A stretch of DNA of 24,000 bases, taken from the NCBI RefSeq assembly GCF_015582655.1, contig NZ_CP058255.1. One strand, 5' to 3'. Shown here piece after piece: positions 23,411-24,000 of the stretch. The DNA comes from Priestia megaterium (lineage in GTDB: Bacteria; Bacillota; Bacilli; Bacillales; Bacillaceae_H). The translations under genes and the position numbers were made by a program. Every line of letters begins with the position of its first letter. Positions within the stretch are counted from its first letter, which is position 1. The notes beneath the pieces were generated by a model. That model saw nothing but the letters and a program-made list of their open reading frames with translations. It did no database searches and was not told where the DNA came from.

Positions 23411-23884
23411 ATGAGCAAGCATCATGATTTAACAGCATCATACGGAGAATCGTTAGTGACGTGTGAACATCAGTTTGAAGCTAGCTATTACTATCATCAA
23501 GTGCGCGAACAGTGCATGAATCACATTCATGAAATAAGCAAAGCGGTAGATGAATTCACCGTTGATTTTACAGATGAAAGTTTGAAAATATTAGAGCTTC
23601 TTTACTATGATCTAGAAGACAGCAATTGTTTTGACTATTTTTCGATGACAAAAGAAGAATTCGAAGAGTGTATGGGCGTATACTTTGGTGAGGTGGTTAC
23701 GTCTACTATTGATGAAGCGCGCTGGGTTGTGAAAGAATATCCGCTTATGGAAAACAAGTATGTGACCGGAATTGAAAAAGGGAATCTTTCACTCATGTTT
23801 CCCCACGGCTTTTTTAACCATAAAGAGCGTCATCCAGAGTGCGTTTTTACTCTTTATCATTTATATAAACAGCTGCAAAAATAG
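23411..23884 (+). CDS. Hypothetical cytoplasmic acidic protein (157 aa)
   Basis: GGAGGTG RBS lies 6 nt upstream of the ATG. A strong terminator follows directly. I do not confidently recognise a family. Confidence 0.65.
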   Translation: MSKHHDLTASYGESLVTCEHQFEASYYYHQVREQCMNHIHEISKAVDEFTVDFTDESLKILELLYYDLEDSNCFDYFSMTKEEFEECMGVYFGEVVTSTIDEARWVVKEYPLMENKYVTGIEKGNLSLMFPHGFFNHKERHPECVFTLYHLYKQLQK

Positions 23885-23885
23885 G

Positions 23886-23914
23886 AAAAAGGTGAACGTA
23901 AGTTCACCTTTTTT
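23886..23914 (+). terminator. Intrinsic terminator
   Basis: AAAAAGGTGAAC-GTAA-GTTCACCTTTTTT. Confidence 0.85.
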
Positions 23915-24000
23915 ATTGTCCCAGCTTTATGGGAATATAAATATCCATTTCATATGTATCACTATATAAATTGCTGTGTATAGCTGTATTTACAATTTCA

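Overview
Chromosomal segment from a low-GC Bacillaceae (Bacillus sensu lato-like) genome. It carries about 30 protein genes on both strands, with strong GGAGG-type ribosome-binding sites and many intrinsic terminators. I saw no integrase, transposase, rRNA, tRNA or CRISPR. From left to right the genes are: the 3' part of a petrobactin-type siderophore ABC importer (yclO/yclP/yclQ-like); a Mn catalase; several small orphan genes; a PrsW-family intramembrane protease whose N-terminal zinc ribbon is cut off by an in-frame TGA; an NAD(P)H-binding oxidoreductase; a 495-aa coiled-coil orphan; a DUF421/YetF-family pseudogene with two nonsense codons; a cspB-like cold-shock gene; prfC (RF3); a TetR plus SMR efflux pair; a PghP-like hydrolase; a HAD phosphatase; an AlbA_2-domain protein; a DUF1659-DUF2922-YvrJ trio; a BlaI-type repressor and sensor-less M56 protease apparently co-transcribed with bdbD-bdbC; a DUF2243 plus CtaG-like pair; a YitT-family protein; and small or hypothetical genes. 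The most unusual content is non-coding. The bdbC/DUF2243 intergenic gap (19966-20616) holds five tandem modular units, and a sixth diverged copy lies at 23020-23133. On the minus strand each unit has a phased TTTTCAC-N4-TTTTCAC direct repeat, exactly 10 nt of spacer, a TAnnnT -10-like hexamer, about 55-78 nt, and then a perfect intrinsic terminator. I read these as a candidate family of activator-dependent small RNAs, antisense to SD-ATG micro-ORFs on the plus strand. I do not recognise them as any described element. All family assignments are from reading the translations and from memory of the families; no searches were run.
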